Shown here in pieces: positions 10,044-19,447 of a stretch of DNA of 64,000 bases. How positions within the stretch are numbered: position 1 is the stretch's first letter; each line of letters starts with the position of its first letter. The notes under the pieces are model-generated. The model was not told the DNA's origin. It saw only the letters and a list, made by a program, of their open reading frames with translations, and ran no database searches. The position numbers were made by a program, and so were the translations under genes. The DNA lies in NCBI GenBank assembly GCA_963804995.1, contig CAWDSK010000003.1:1664001-1728000 (forward strand), written 5' to 3'. This DNA comes from an uncultured Acidobacteriota bacterium (lineage in GTDB: Bacteria > Acidobacteriota > Terriglobia > UBA7540).

Positions 10044-11207
10044 TCACTCTTTTGCAAAAGCGGCCTTGGCCGCTTGCATGAACGCGTCCCGGCTTTTGGC
10101 GCCGTCGCCGGGGAAGCTCGCGTGCTGGACCATCCAGATAAAGACCAGGCCATGCTGGGGATCGATGGTCATGTTCGTGGCATATGCGCCGCCGTGGCCG
10201 AAATCTCCTTTGCCTACACTCCAGCCGAAACCGTAACTTGTGGTGAGCGCCTCCGGAGTTTGCCGGCTGGTCATTTGCTTGATGGCCGCCTCCGAGAGGT
10301 AGCGCTTCCCATCCAACGTGCCGCCATTGAGGATCATTTGACAAAACCGGGCAACGTCCGAAGCGGTTGAAAAAAGGCCTCCGGCGGGCATCGGCTGGCG
10401 GGTCCGGTCGGTAAGCGGGTAGCGGAGTTGCGTCACCGTGGTCTCCTCGAGACCGTTTTTGGCCGCGTTCGCTTTGTAAGATTTCGCGAGGTGCCGGACT
10501 TGCTTGGAGTTGGGCCAGAAGGTTGTGTCCTTCATCCCCAGCGGTCCGAACAGGCGCTGCTCCATGAACTGTTCGTACGGCATCCCGCTTACCACCTCGA
10601 TGATACGGCCGGCGGTATTGATCCCCTCGTTGGAATAGGCGTACTTGCTGTCCGGTTCGAACTCGAGCGCTTGCATGGCGTAGCTGCGAACGCGCGCGGC
10701 GAGGGGCAGCAGGTCAAGGGTCGGCTCCTCAAGCGGTGAGCTGAAGGGCAGTCCGCTGGTGTGGCTCAGCACATTCTTGACGGTAATGGGGTGGGCAGGC
10801 CGCTTCAACAATACGTGTTCCTTGTCTTCCTCCACCTTCAACCACTGGCCTTTGAACTCCGGCAGATACTTCTCCACGGGATCGTCCACGTTGACCTTGC
10901 CCTCGTCCACCAGCATCATGAAAGCGGTGGCGGTCATGGGTTTGGACTGCGACGCGATCCAGAACAGCGCGTCCGTCCGCATCGGTTTCTGCGTGGCCAT
11001 ATCCATGTAGCCGACGGCCTCCAAGCTAAGCACCCGGTCACGCGACGCCACCAACGTCACGGCGCCCGCCAAAGTGTGGTTGTCGAGGTACGGCTGCAAG
11101 GCGGCGGCAATCGTCTGCGGCGATTGAGCGGCCGAATGACGGGCCGGCGCCGCCCAGGCAATGGCAACGAACACCGCCAGCAGCAGACCCATGGAGCGGC
11201 GAATCAT
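10044..11207 (-). CDS. Serine hydrolase (beta-lactamase class C/esterase family), exported
   Basis: SQSK (SxxK), YSN, LSHTSG and HGG motifs. Signal peptide. RBS GGAGG before the ATG at 11207. Confidence 0.9.
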   Translation of the reverse strand: MIRRSMGLLLAVFVAIAWAAPARHSAAQSPQTIAAALQPYLDNHTLAGAVTLVASRDRVLSLEAVGYMDMATQKPMRTDALFWIASQSKPMTATAFMMLVDEGKVNVDDPVEKYLPEFKGQWLKVEEDKEHVLLKRPAHPITVKNVLSHTSGLPFSSPLEEPTLDLLPLAARVRSYAMQALEFEPDSKYAYSNEGINTAGRIIEVVSGMPYEQFMEQRLFGPLGMKDTTFWPNSKQVRHLAKSYKANAAKNGLEETTVTQLRYPLTDRTRQPMPAGGLFSTASDVARFCQMILNGGTLDGKRYLSEAAIKQMTSRQTPEALTTSYGFGWSVGKGDFGHGGAYATNMTIDPQHGLVFIWMVQHASFPGDGAKSRDAFMQAAKAAFAKE

Positions 11208-11337
11208 GGTTGACCCTCCTCCGGCAATTTTCGAGCGCACCGTCCAATAAATCCCAGCACGGTTCATCATCAGCCCCCTCAAAGAATAGCGACCGCAGCA
11301 CACACTATACGGACAGGCTCCTCATTTTCAACGGATT

Positions 11338-11637
11338 TTAGCGAGTCTTCTCGAATGCCAGCTTCTGCCCCTGAGCGCCATGGAAGATGTGCAGAATTTC
11401 CGTTACTCGCCGCGTATGGCGGTAGTAGATCAGGTATTTCCCGGCCGGAAAGCATCTCACCCCGGCGGCGATGTCCTCCGCGGCCCTACCGGCGTGGGGG
11501 TGTTCGCCCAGCAGCCAGAAACGCTCCGTGATGCTGTCCATCAGCCGGTCTGCTACTTTCAGCCCTGCCCGCTGTGCCCAATATAGGAAAATCTCGTCGA
11601 GATCCCGCTCCGCGTTCCTGCTGACACGAAAGCGCAT
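11338..11637 (-). CDS. ParE/RelE family toxin
   Basis: AERDLDEIF...HPHAGR...YLIYY...ILHIFHG. Confidence 0.9.
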   Translation of the reverse strand: MRFRVSRNAERDLDEIFLYWAQRAGLKVADRLMDSITERFWLLGEHPHAGRAAEDIAAGVRCFPAGKYLIYYRHTRRVTEILHIFHGAQGQKLAFEKTR

Positions 11638-11981
11638 TATGGGGTTTCCCGGGCAAGAAGCTTACGCCCCCTCGCCTTCGCCCCGTCTGCCAGTTTCTTC
11701 AGCCCTTCGCGCCCCTCATATTCCCTGTATTCCCCTGCCTCGATTGACGCGATGCTGGCCCGGACACGTTGCCGAATGCCAGCGAGCTGTTCCGCGGTCA
11801 GGTCAGATACAAGATCCTCAGCGCTAGGGCTTGCCAGGCGCAGGGTTCGGGCGTCCTCCTCTTCCATCCTCCGCAAGGCATCCCGAACCACCTCGCTCGC
11901 ATTGTTGTACCGCCCGCTCTTCACCTTTTTGCGAACATATCCGGCGAGACGATCGGTGATCGACACATTCATCTGATCCAT
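11637..11981 (-). CDS. ParD-like ribbon-helix-helix antitoxin
   Basis: MNVSIT...VKSGRYNNASEVVRDALR. Translationally coupled to the toxin. Confidence 0.9.
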   Translation of the reverse strand: MDQMNVSITDRLAGYVRKKVKSGRYNNASEVVRDALRRMEEEDARTLRLASPSAEDLVSDLTAEQLAGIRQRVRASIASIEAGEYREYEGREGLKKLADGAKARGRKLLARETP

Positions 11982-12023
11982 CCGTTACCCCCCGACCGTT
12001 GCCTTGACCGGTTCCACGTCTCC

Positions 12024-12062
12024 AACTTACCGGAAGATCGAAGCCATGTCAAACTTTGACAT
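12024..12062 (-). promoter_or_regulatory. parDE promoter with palindromic operator-like site
   Basis: TTGACA-N17-TAAGTT on the minus strand. The -35 lies inside the ATGTCAAA-C-TTTGACAT palindrome. Confidence 0.5.
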
Positions 12063-12185
12063 TCGGAGGTAGTGGGTCAATTTGATGTAGAGGCGGCGGC
12101 ATTCATCCCGATCTGATCGGGACGCCGCCATTTGGCGAGGTAAACTCGCCGCTACGCCATCAAATTAACCCACTACTCATTCGGA
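12060..12185. mobile_element. IS1-like MITE (110 bp) carrying a REP hairpin, with 8-bp target duplication
   Basis: TIR GGTAGTGGGTCAATTTGATG / CATCAAATTAACCCACTACT (18/20). Flanking direct repeat CATTCGGA at 12060-12067 and 12178-12185. Confidence 0.8.
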
Positions 12186-12232
12186 AATACCATTCCGCCC
12201 AAAACTCAAGCGCATCGTTATCCTGCCTCTGC

Positions 12233-12308
12233 AATTTTAGATTTGCGATTCTCGATTTTGGATTGGTGGGGCAGCACGGCAATTTTGGATTCTCGATTTT
12301 GGATTTTA
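12233..12308. repeat. Heptamer tandem repeats (GATTTTG/GATTCTC)
   Basis: Two runs of 4-5 units between the parDE and hicBA modules. Confidence 0.8.
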
Positions 12309-12363
12309 GGGCGCGAAAAACCGTGGGCCCACAAAACAGGTCCGCGCTACGCTTGCTCCTCCG

Positions 12364-12591
12364 TCATTTGCCAATTGCTTCCAGAAATTCTTCCACGGTC
12401 AACCCCGCTTTAGCGATCAGTGCACGCAGCGTTCCGCGCGCAACTTCAGGATGATTGGGAATAGATAGAGTGGCGATGTGGCCAGTTCTGGTGAGAATGA
12501 TATGGCTGCCCCGTTGGCGCGCTACTTCCCAGCCTAGCTTTTGGAATACCCCTATGACCTCCCGAGGGCGAAGCAGCGGAACGGGCGGCAT
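12364..12591 (-). CDS. hicA: HicA family toxin
   Basis: GWEVARQRGSHIIL...IPNHPEVARGTLRALI. Confidence 0.92.
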   Translation of the reverse strand: MPPVPLLRPREVIGVFQKLGWEVARQRGSHIILTRTGHIATLSIPNHPEVARGTLRALIAKAGLTVEEFLEAIGK

Positions 12592-12797
12592 CAGCTTACA
12601 ACTTCCACTTCGCGCGTTGTGACCGTCAGGGGCAGGCCCTTCTCAGCCCGAACCTCGAGGCATTCCCTGATGGCCGCTCGGATGTTTTTCTCCGCTTCAT
12701 CTTCCGTTCTTCCCTGACTTACGCAGCCGGGGATGGACGGACATTCAGCTATGAAAACGCCGTCTTCGTCCGGGTAAATGGTGATCAGCAGTTTCAT
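12591..12797 (-). CDS. hicB: HicB family antitoxin (short form, no DNA-binding domain)
   Basis: DEDGVFIAECPSIPGCVSQGRTEDEA. Gene order is hicB-hicA. Confidence 0.9.
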   Translation of the reverse strand: MKLLITIYPDEDGVFIAECPSIPGCVSQGRTEDEAEKNIRAAIRECLEVRAEKGLPLTVTTREVEVVS

Positions 12798-12894
12798 CTC
12801 AACTCCTGGCTCCAATTATCGCACAATTTGTTCCCCAAAGTTCTCTCCCCGCCAATCGCGGACGGGCGCAGACGGTCGCTTTAAGGCAGCAAGT

Positions 12895-12974
12895 GTAGCG
12901 ACCTGATTTGGAGGTCCGTGGCTTTTTCTGGTCAATCCCGGACGAACCGCTGACCTCCAAATCAGGTCCGCGCT
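12895..12974. repeat. GTAG-family REP doublet
   Basis: GTAGCGACCTGATTTGGAGGTC...GACCTCCAAATCAGGTCCGCGCT. A related half-site CAGGTCCGCGCTAC lies at 12337-12350. Confidence 0.75.
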
Positions 12975-12982
12975 CGCCCCCT

Positions 12983-15556
12983 TCACCAAGAAAAGAGCAA
13001 ATCACCTGTAATGTCGTGGACCACCAGGCGCCTTCCTGACTCCTCGGTTGCATACTCGAGGCGCTTCGCGGTTTCAAAGAAGCTAGCGTGCGCCTGACCG
13101 CTTTCCATTCGGACGGGTGGGCCGGCGGGCCGAATCTCGGGACAAAAATGCACGGTCGCGTTCTTCAGGCCCGTCAACATCATGCGCCGCCGGACGCCGA
13201 TCTCCTCGGAGATTCTCTCCACACAGGAGATTTCCCCGTCGTCGGCTTGTTCGACGAAGCAGCGGCACTCGCGGTGCCAGGCGCGCGGCATGCTGTAAGT
13301 CGAATGCCCGTTCTCGAGCCAGGTTTCATATCCATGCAGCATGGGAGCGCCGTGCGGGAACTTCAGACGCAGGGTCACCGCAGTCGAAGGGCTGTAGCCG
13401 GAAAAGAAAAACCCGTTGTTACTCCGGGCCACAAGCACCAGCGGGTTCCGGCTGTCGACCGTGGGTCTCTCCACCCGCAGCTCGTACCCGAACTTCGCCA
13501 GCATCGCGCGCATCAGGTACTCCGCCTGAAAATGTTGTTTGGGATCGTCGGGTTGGGGCAAGTATGCGTGGGTAATGGTGGACGAGAGGCTGCCGCGCAC
13601 CCACGCCAGGCGCCCGCTGCCGACCGTGCGTGTAACGGCAAAGATACGCTCATTCGATCCGTCTGAAACCGTAGCGCAGGACTCGAACCCCGCCACCTCA
13701 GGCTTCTTTAGGACCGTGTCAATGCCGCCGTCCGATAGGATGTCGCGATGAAGCATGCGGGTGGCCAGATTGCCGTGTTTGACCGTGTCTCCAGCCAGGA
13801 AAGACCGCACCTCAAGTTCGCCGCTGAGGGGTGATGCCAACTTTAAATTCAGCAAATCGAGAAGCGCCTGGCCTGCGCTCGCGACCGACCCGTAAAGGAA
13901 AACATCGTGCCCACGGTGCAGGTGCTCAAGCAAAGCGCCCTCCCGTGGGCTGCCCTCGCCAGGAACGGGCGTCAGCAGAATAGTGTTCTCATAGACCTCA
14001 GGATTCACGGCGCGCGAGGCCAGGAAGTTATCGGTCGAGACGACGGTGTTCACGGGCAGCCCTGCGCTCACGGCGTTGCGCATGAACCAGTCGCTGAAGA
14101 ACACTCCCCCGGGCTGGGGTGAGTTTCCGAACACCTTTTCATGGAATTCCTGGAACGGATAAACCCAAGTGAGCAGGCCGGGCTGGTCGGAGAAGTGATC
14201 CATGGCCAGAAGCAGGTGCGGCGTCACCTCGTTCGGACACTGGTCAGGCAGCTCGCCGTAAGTGCTATCAATCGTCAGGAACTCCAGGAACGACGGTCGC
14301 GTGACCTTGCCTTCCCGGTTCAGGCGCGCCAGCGCCAGCGGCAGGTAGATGTCGTGGGGCTCATGCCCATAGCGATCAAACCAGGGACTATTCAGCCACC
14401 AGGGGTCATGCGTATAGAAGCGGAAAGGGAATACGTCGCCCGGGGGCAGATGCGCGATGTGCGAAAGATATCCGCTGACCTCCAGGCCAAAGTCGCCGTC
14501 AATGGCGGCCCAGGGTGAGTTGGGCGGGGCGACCATGTTGAATCCCCCGTCGTAGATGTCGCGAATCGGCGAGGCGCTCGCGCTCAGGTCCGCACCGGTG
14601 GAAAGATTGCTGCCGCGGCATTCCACGCGATAGGACGGGCACTCCTTCCGAAAGGCTTTCCAGAAGCCAATCACCTTCTCGCGAATGTCCGCCGCCTTTT
14701 CAGGGTGGAAGGCCTCACCATCGAAGAGCGGACCCTTCACACTCCACGCGGTGGCGGAGAAACCGAAACCGTTCGAGAACCAGATGTAATCAAATCCCAG
14801 GTCAGCAAGGAAATGCTGCACCTGGCGGCCGAAAAACGTGCCGAAGGGTGTGCCGGCGGGAATACCCTGCGGGAAGGCGGCGTAGGTAACTGAGTCCCCG
14901 TTGAGAGAAGAAGTGCAGTCAACCCATTGCCCCTTCAGAATCTCTTTATGCCGGTCGTACTTGAACGGGGAGCGCGCGAACTCCGGGCCGGGGTCGAAGG
15001 TGGCGCCTACCACGACCGGCTTGCCCGTCATCGTTTGTCCGACGCTCTTGAAGGTCTGGACAATCTGTTTCAGTGTGCCGTAGGTAATCTTCGGCGGGTT
15101 CTCCATGTAGAGCCGGGCCTGCTCATGGATATTAATCTTGGAGGGATCGGCCTGGGGGGGAGGCTCGACAGGGTTTGCAATTCCGATGTAGCGGGCCCAC
15201 TCGATCTCACCGCTCATTTGCCCGCGGTAGTCGAGGATTTCGGTCCCGTCCGCGGTCCAAAGCATCACCGCGGTCCCGTCCGCGCGCCGAAGCAGCGCCG
15301 CCCACTGCCGGAACACATGCTCGCAAACCCGCCGGATAGCTTGCGGTTCGATGCTGCGAAAGGGCTTCAGGCTCAACTCCAGCGTCACACGCTTGAACAC
15401 GCTGGGTTCAGTCCATAACGCGTGCGGGCTCGCGGGCAACGGCTGCACCTCGTAGTGACCCTGGCCGAAGAGAGGAAGCACCGCAGCGCCGCCCGCCGTC
15501 AACTTCAACCAGTCCCTCCGGGAAATCATCTCGTGGTCAGATTTCATTTCTGCCAT
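12983..15556 (-). CDS. Large Tat-exported uncharacterised protein (possible glycoside hydrolase-like)
   Basis: SRRDWLK twin-arginine signal, 857 aa, LGFDYIWFSNGFG barrel-like motif. Follows a sugar isomerase gene. Confidence 0.7.
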   Translation of the reverse strand: MAEMKSDHEMISRRDWLKLTAGGAAVLPLFGQGHYEVQPLPASPHALWTEPSVFKRVTLELSLKPFRSIEPQAIRRVCEHVFRQWAALLRRADGTAVMLWTADGTEILDYRGQMSGEIEWARYIGIANPVEPPPQADPSKINIHEQARLYMENPPKITYGTLKQIVQTFKSVGQTMTGKPVVVGATFDPGPEFARSPFKYDRHKEILKGQWVDCTSSLNGDSVTYAAFPQGIPAGTPFGTFFGRQVQHFLADLGFDYIWFSNGFGFSATAWSVKGPLFDGEAFHPEKAADIREKVIGFWKAFRKECPSYRVECRGSNLSTGADLSASASPIRDIYDGGFNMVAPPNSPWAAIDGDFGLEVSGYLSHIAHLPPGDVFPFRFYTHDPWWLNSPWFDRYGHEPHDIYLPLALARLNREGKVTRPSFLEFLTIDSTYGELPDQCPNEVTPHLLLAMDHFSDQPGLLTWVYPFQEFHEKVFGNSPQPGGVFFSDWFMRNAVSAGLPVNTVVSTDNFLASRAVNPEVYENTILLTPVPGEGSPREGALLEHLHRGHDVFLYGSVASAGQALLDLLNLKLASPLSGELEVRSFLAGDTVKHGNLATRMLHRDILSDGGIDTVLKKPEVAGFESCATVSDGSNERIFAVTRTVGSGRLAWVRGSLSSTITHAYLPQPDDPKQHFQAEYLMRAMLAKFGYELRVERPTVDSRNPLVLVARSNNGFFFSGYSPSTAVTLRLKFPHGAPMLHGYETWLENGHSTYSMPRAWHRECRCFVEQADDGEISCVERISEEIGVRRRMMLTGLKNATVHFCPEIRPAGPPVRMESGQAHASFFETAKRLEYATEESGRRLVVHDITGDLLFSW

Positions 15557-15642
15557 ATCCCACCCTCCTCACACCCGGCATCGGGCCAATCTCTCACACT
15601 GACCGTACGAATCCATTTTTCATCCCCAATTGTAACCGGTGC

Positions 15643-15782
15643 GTAGCGCAGACCTCCGCTGTTGAGGTCTGCGTCTCTTCTTGGGAAAAACCGTAAATCT
15701 CAACACCTGGGATTTACCCACGGGATCGGGAGCGCGAGTGTAACGAAGAACCGCAGACCCCAACGCCGGGGGTCTGCGCTAC
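15643..15782. repeat. GTAG-family REPIN
   Basis: GTAGCGCAGACCTC..GAGGTCTGCG, then a spacer, then CGCAGACCCC..GGGGTCTGCGCTAC. Confidence 0.8.
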
Positions 15783-15847
15783 GATTGCCTTTGCTCGTGA
15801 TTTCTTTCGCCCCATGCGGGGCTCAGGAGGTTGTTCGCCTTTCGCGG

Positions 15848-17347
15848 TTACGCCTTGACGATGACTGATTCGATCCCCAAGGCATCGCCGACCCGCTTCA
15901 GCATCTCCGCGTGGTGACCGATCCCCAGGGCGAAGTGATGCGTGGGACCTTCCGCTACCCAGGCTTTGAAGAACGTGCGCGCATCGGGTTTGAAATAGCC
16001 GCGCGTGTTGGTGTTGCCCGTGGGCGGAATGGGACCACGTCCCGATTCCCCTTCCGCAATCACGAATTTGAATTTTCCATCGAACTTCTGGGTCACACCC
16101 AACATGGTGATGGGGCCTTCCCGAATCTTGAATTCGACAGACACCCCGGAACCCGGCTTGCCGTGATACTTCAAGAGGCTGCGCAGGAGCGGCCGGCCCT
16201 CCGCGATGTTGAGGTGGTGGGGACCGTCGTGCCCGACCAGGATAAAGTCTTCTTCGAAATCCATGGGATGGAACTCAGCAAACGATCCTCCGATTTCCAG
16301 CCGGTCCATGATGAGCATGCCCACGCAGGTCTTCAGATCAGCCTCACCGCACATGGGGAATCCCGCCGCGGTCAGCAGAGAATTTCCCACGATCAGGTTC
16401 GTGGCTAGTTCCCTGGCCTCCGAGCCCGGGCGGGCGGCATAGTAGTAGGCGAGCCCGTCCAGCGCGTAGCGGTCGACGAACTTATCCAGCGCCAGGGCCG
16501 CACGGGCAGCCGGATATAAATCTTCGTCTGTGACCTTGCGGGTAATCGGATCACTCTCGGGATCAGGAAGTTCGAAGAAGGCGAGGATCTCCTGTTTCTT
16601 CTGTTCGATCTCCTCCGGTTGGAGGGTGCTTTGCTGTTCCAAGAGATCGTCAATCTCCGTCTGCACCACATGGATGCCGAACTGGGCGGTGAGCGCCGTC
16701 TGGTCCGCATGCATGTCCAGCATCGCCTCAATGGGATGGCCGAAGTGCCCAATCCGCGCCCTCCTGACGCCGTTGAAGACCTTCGCGATCTGGCACCACT
16801 CGCCCAGTTCGCGATCAGCCCGCGCATCCCCGTACAGGTGGCCGATCACCATCTCGGGCGGCTTCCTGCCCATACGAATCGTGGCATTCACAAACTCCGG
16901 AATGGCACAGATGTTGTCGTTCGCGAGCTGCATGTAAGTCGACGCCTTATCGTAGGGCATCGCCTTCAAGGGCTGCAAGGCCAGGAGGACGATGGGCGCC
17001 TTCAGTTCGCGAGCATTGATGCCGAAGGTCGAGCTGCTGGCATAGGTGGCCATGTTAACGAAGATCAGGTCCGCATCGCAGGCCAGGATTTCCTTGACCT
17101 TCTGGTAAGCCGTGGCCGCGTCATCCACCATCCCGAAGTCGGCAACCGTGACGCCGTGGGACTCAATTCTCCGCACCAACTCCTGGTGGTGGCCCATCAG
17201 CTCCGTGAGCAGGCCCTCGAATTGGGCCCAGTAGTCCTTGTGGCCGACCGCAAACAGCCCAACCTTTGCGGTCAAAGGCTTGCGCCGCTTGATGCGTACC
17301 GGCTCAGCGCTTTTATCGTGATTCAGGGATTCATGGTTTTGGGTCAT
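15848..17347 (-). CDS. L-fucose/L-arabinose isomerase family protein
   Basis: YWAQFEGL, CGEADL, GSFAEF, GHDGP and GPTHHFALGIGH motifs. Confidence 0.85.
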   Translation of the reverse strand: MTQNHESLNHDKSAEPVRIKRRKPLTAKVGLFAVGHKDYWAQFEGLLTELMGHHQELVRRIESHGVTVADFGMVDDAATAYQKVKEILACDADLIFVNMATYASSSTFGINARELKAPIVLLALQPLKAMPYDKASTYMQLANDNICAIPEFVNATIRMGRKPPEMVIGHLYGDARADRELGEWCQIAKVFNGVRRARIGHFGHPIEAMLDMHADQTALTAQFGIHVVQTEIDDLLEQQSTLQPEEIEQKKQEILAFFELPDPESDPITRKVTDEDLYPAARAALALDKFVDRYALDGLAYYYAARPGSEARELATNLIVGNSLLTAAGFPMCGEADLKTCVGMLIMDRLEIGGSFAEFHPMDFEEDFILVGHDGPHHLNIAEGRPLLRSLLKYHGKPGSGVSVEFKIREGPITMLGVTQKFDGKFKFVIAEGESGRGPIPPTGNTNTRGYFKPDARTFFKAWVAEGPTHHFALGIGHHAEMLKRVGDALGIESVIVKA

Positions 17348-17560
17348 AGGGAAACTCTTTGGTTATCCGGCATGCTAAGGGATGGCAGGTCCAGGAGCTT
17401 GATTTCCTTAATAGTGCGAAGCAAGATGATAACACAAAGCGGATAAGTGACGCCGGCGGCAAATAAGGAATTTTCGTCACGCTCGGATTTTTCAGCGGCG
17501 CCTGAGGAACGCGGGGTGAGAGGTGCTCTCCGACTCCAACTGACCTAACCAAAACTCCCT

Positions 17561-18823
17561 TCACAGGAATAGCGGCAGCAACCCGAACAGCGCTAACCCC
17601 GTGAGGAGCGCAAGTCCCTGCATGCCGGTGCGGCGGTCTGAGAAACTGTAAGCATAAACTCCCTTGACCAGGTTATTGCTGGCAGCGGCGATGACGATCG
17701 CGCCCCCGGCGAGCGCAACCGGCGTCAGCGCCGCACTCGGCGCCGCCAGGCTCAGGATGAAGGGATCGACATCGCTGACGCCCATTACTGCGGCCAGCGC
17801 AAAGAGTCCGGCGCGACCTAAGTAGAGCATAGCAAAATGCGTAATGAACAGCATGCCTACAAACAGTCCTGCAAATAGGAACGCCGCGCCCAGCTCCAGC
17901 GGATTTTTCGGCTGGAAGGTTTGCTCTGCTTCTTGCCCGCCGGGATCCGGCCTGCGCATCCAAAGCCCACCGCCGAGAAGTGCGGTAGCGGCCAGGAGCA
18001 GGAACGGCAATCCCAGCCGGTCGAGCAGTTGGCGATTGAAAATGGCGAGCAGCGCCAGCAGGCGCAAGTACATGACACCGGAGGCAACCAGCATGGCGCC
18101 TGAGTATAGATGCGGGCGCGATTGCTCGCGAGCGCGCTTGGCGAGCACCACGGTGGTAAGCGTGGAGGAATACGCTCCACCCAGCAAGGCCGCAAGCAGA
18201 ATGCCGCCCCGCCCTTTGGTCCACACCCGCAGGAGGTAGCTGCCGTAAGATATGGCGCTTACCGCGACCACCACCAACCACACTTTAAAGGGATTAAAGC
18301 CAAACGAACCAAACACCCGGTTCGGTACGATGGGCAGGATGACGGCCGTCAGCAGCAGAAACTTCGTGAACGTCAGGATTTCATCGCCCGGCACTCGTTT
18401 GGTGAGACTCTCGAGCGCCGTCTTCAGTTCCAGCAATGCCACGCCGAGCACCGTCAGCGTGGTCGCCACCCAATACAATTCGTGCGCCACGAGCGCTCCG
18501 ATAACGTAGACCACCAGGCCGGAAATCTCCGTGGTCATCCCGGCCAGCGCCACTCCCTCCAGCTTGTGCCGATAGGATTGCCACAGGAACGCTCCGACCA
18601 CAGCCAGGCCGACGGCGGGCAGCAGGAGAGTTCCTTCGGAGATCAGGCAGAGGGCGTAGGCAAGCAGGCCCAACAGCGGGAAGGTGCGAACTCCGCCGAA
18701 TCGGTACTGGTCCGACATCACCTTTTGCTCTTCCCGCTCCAGACCAATCAGAAAGGAAAGGAAGAGCACCAGCAGGATTTCTGCGCCTTGCTTGGGAATC
18801 AATTGGATGAGGGTATCGCCCAT
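17561..18823 (-). CDS. MgtC/SapB family membrane protein with DUF4010
   Basis: IGLERE...GGVRTF, GMTTE, LGGAYSST, NNLVKG. Confidence 0.88.
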   Translation of the reverse strand: MGDTLIQLIPKQGAEILLVLFLSFLIGLEREEQKVMSDQYRFGGVRTFPLLGLLAYALCLISEGTLLLPAVGLAVVGAFLWQSYRHKLEGVALAGMTTEISGLVVYVIGALVAHELYWVATTLTVLGVALLELKTALESLTKRVPGDEILTFTKFLLLTAVILPIVPNRVFGSFGFNPFKVWLVVVAVSAISYGSYLLRVWTKGRGGILLAALLGGAYSSTLTTVVLAKRAREQSRPHLYSGAMLVASGVMYLRLLALLAIFNRQLLDRLGLPFLLLAATALLGGGLWMRRPDPGGQEAEQTFQPKNPLELGAAFLFAGLFVGMLFITHFAMLYLGRAGLFALAAVMGVSDVDPFILSLAAPSAALTPVALAGGAIVIAAASNNLVKGVYAYSFSDRRTGMQGLALLTGLALFGLLPLFL

Positions 18824-18887
18824 ATCGTTACCGAACCGGCACGATTCTCGCTCTTCTTTAGCGCTAAAACAAGCGCCATCGCTGACG

Positions 18888-19190
18888 ATGAAAATGCCCT
18901 GCGTAACTCCCCTCCTGATTTAGGAGGGGTGGCACCGGAGGCGACGGGGTGGTTACTCGGGCGCCGAAGGTGACGGGGTGGTTACGCGGGTGCCGGAGGT
19001 GACGGGGTGGTTACGCGGGCACCTCGGGTGGTTATTTCATCCGCAGGGTGGCTTGCCGCCACGATCAGGACCACACCTTTATCTTATCAGCACCACCCCG
19101 GCGCTCGGCCCCGATGATCAATTTGGAAAGAACGCGCTATCGGGGCACGGCGCGCCACCCCTCCTCATCTGAGGAGGGGAGTGTTTTCAT
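18888..19190. repeat. Composite REP element (CCCCTCCT..AGGAGGGG hairpins) with three internal 29-bp tandem repeats
   Basis: Terminal hairpins at about 18907-18929 and 19158-19181. Tandem units at 18931-18959, 18960-18988 and 18989-19017. Bounded by ATGAAAA and TTTTCAT. Confidence 0.8.
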
Positions 19191-19241
19191 GACAGACGCC
19201 TCTATTCCTGCGGCGCACCACTGGCGATGAAAATGCGCGCA

Positions 19242-19356
19242 GCGCTTTGGAGTGCGGTCGCAGCAGCTACCGCCTTCTGCCTAGGGTTCATAGGGGAAGA
19301 GTGCGAGCGCCAGAACAAGTCAAAGCGGTAGCTGCTGCTACCGCACTCCAAAGCGC
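19242..19356. repeat. REPIN, TGGAGTGCGG family, copy 1 of 3
   Basis: Inverted pair TTGGAGTGCGGTNGCAGCAGCTACCGC / GCGGTAGCTGCTGCTACCGCACTCCAA. Confidence 0.9.
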
Positions 19357-19447
19357 CTTCGGCACACCTATTTTCATAACGGCACACGGCGAACCCGCTA
19401 GGGTCGCTCGCTAATCTGGACTGCCGCCAGGCAAAAATCGCCAGCCT

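Noticed and set aside
18931..19034. Possible CRISPR array
   Set aside because: The 29-bp units are contiguous with no spacers, and there are no cas genes in the window.
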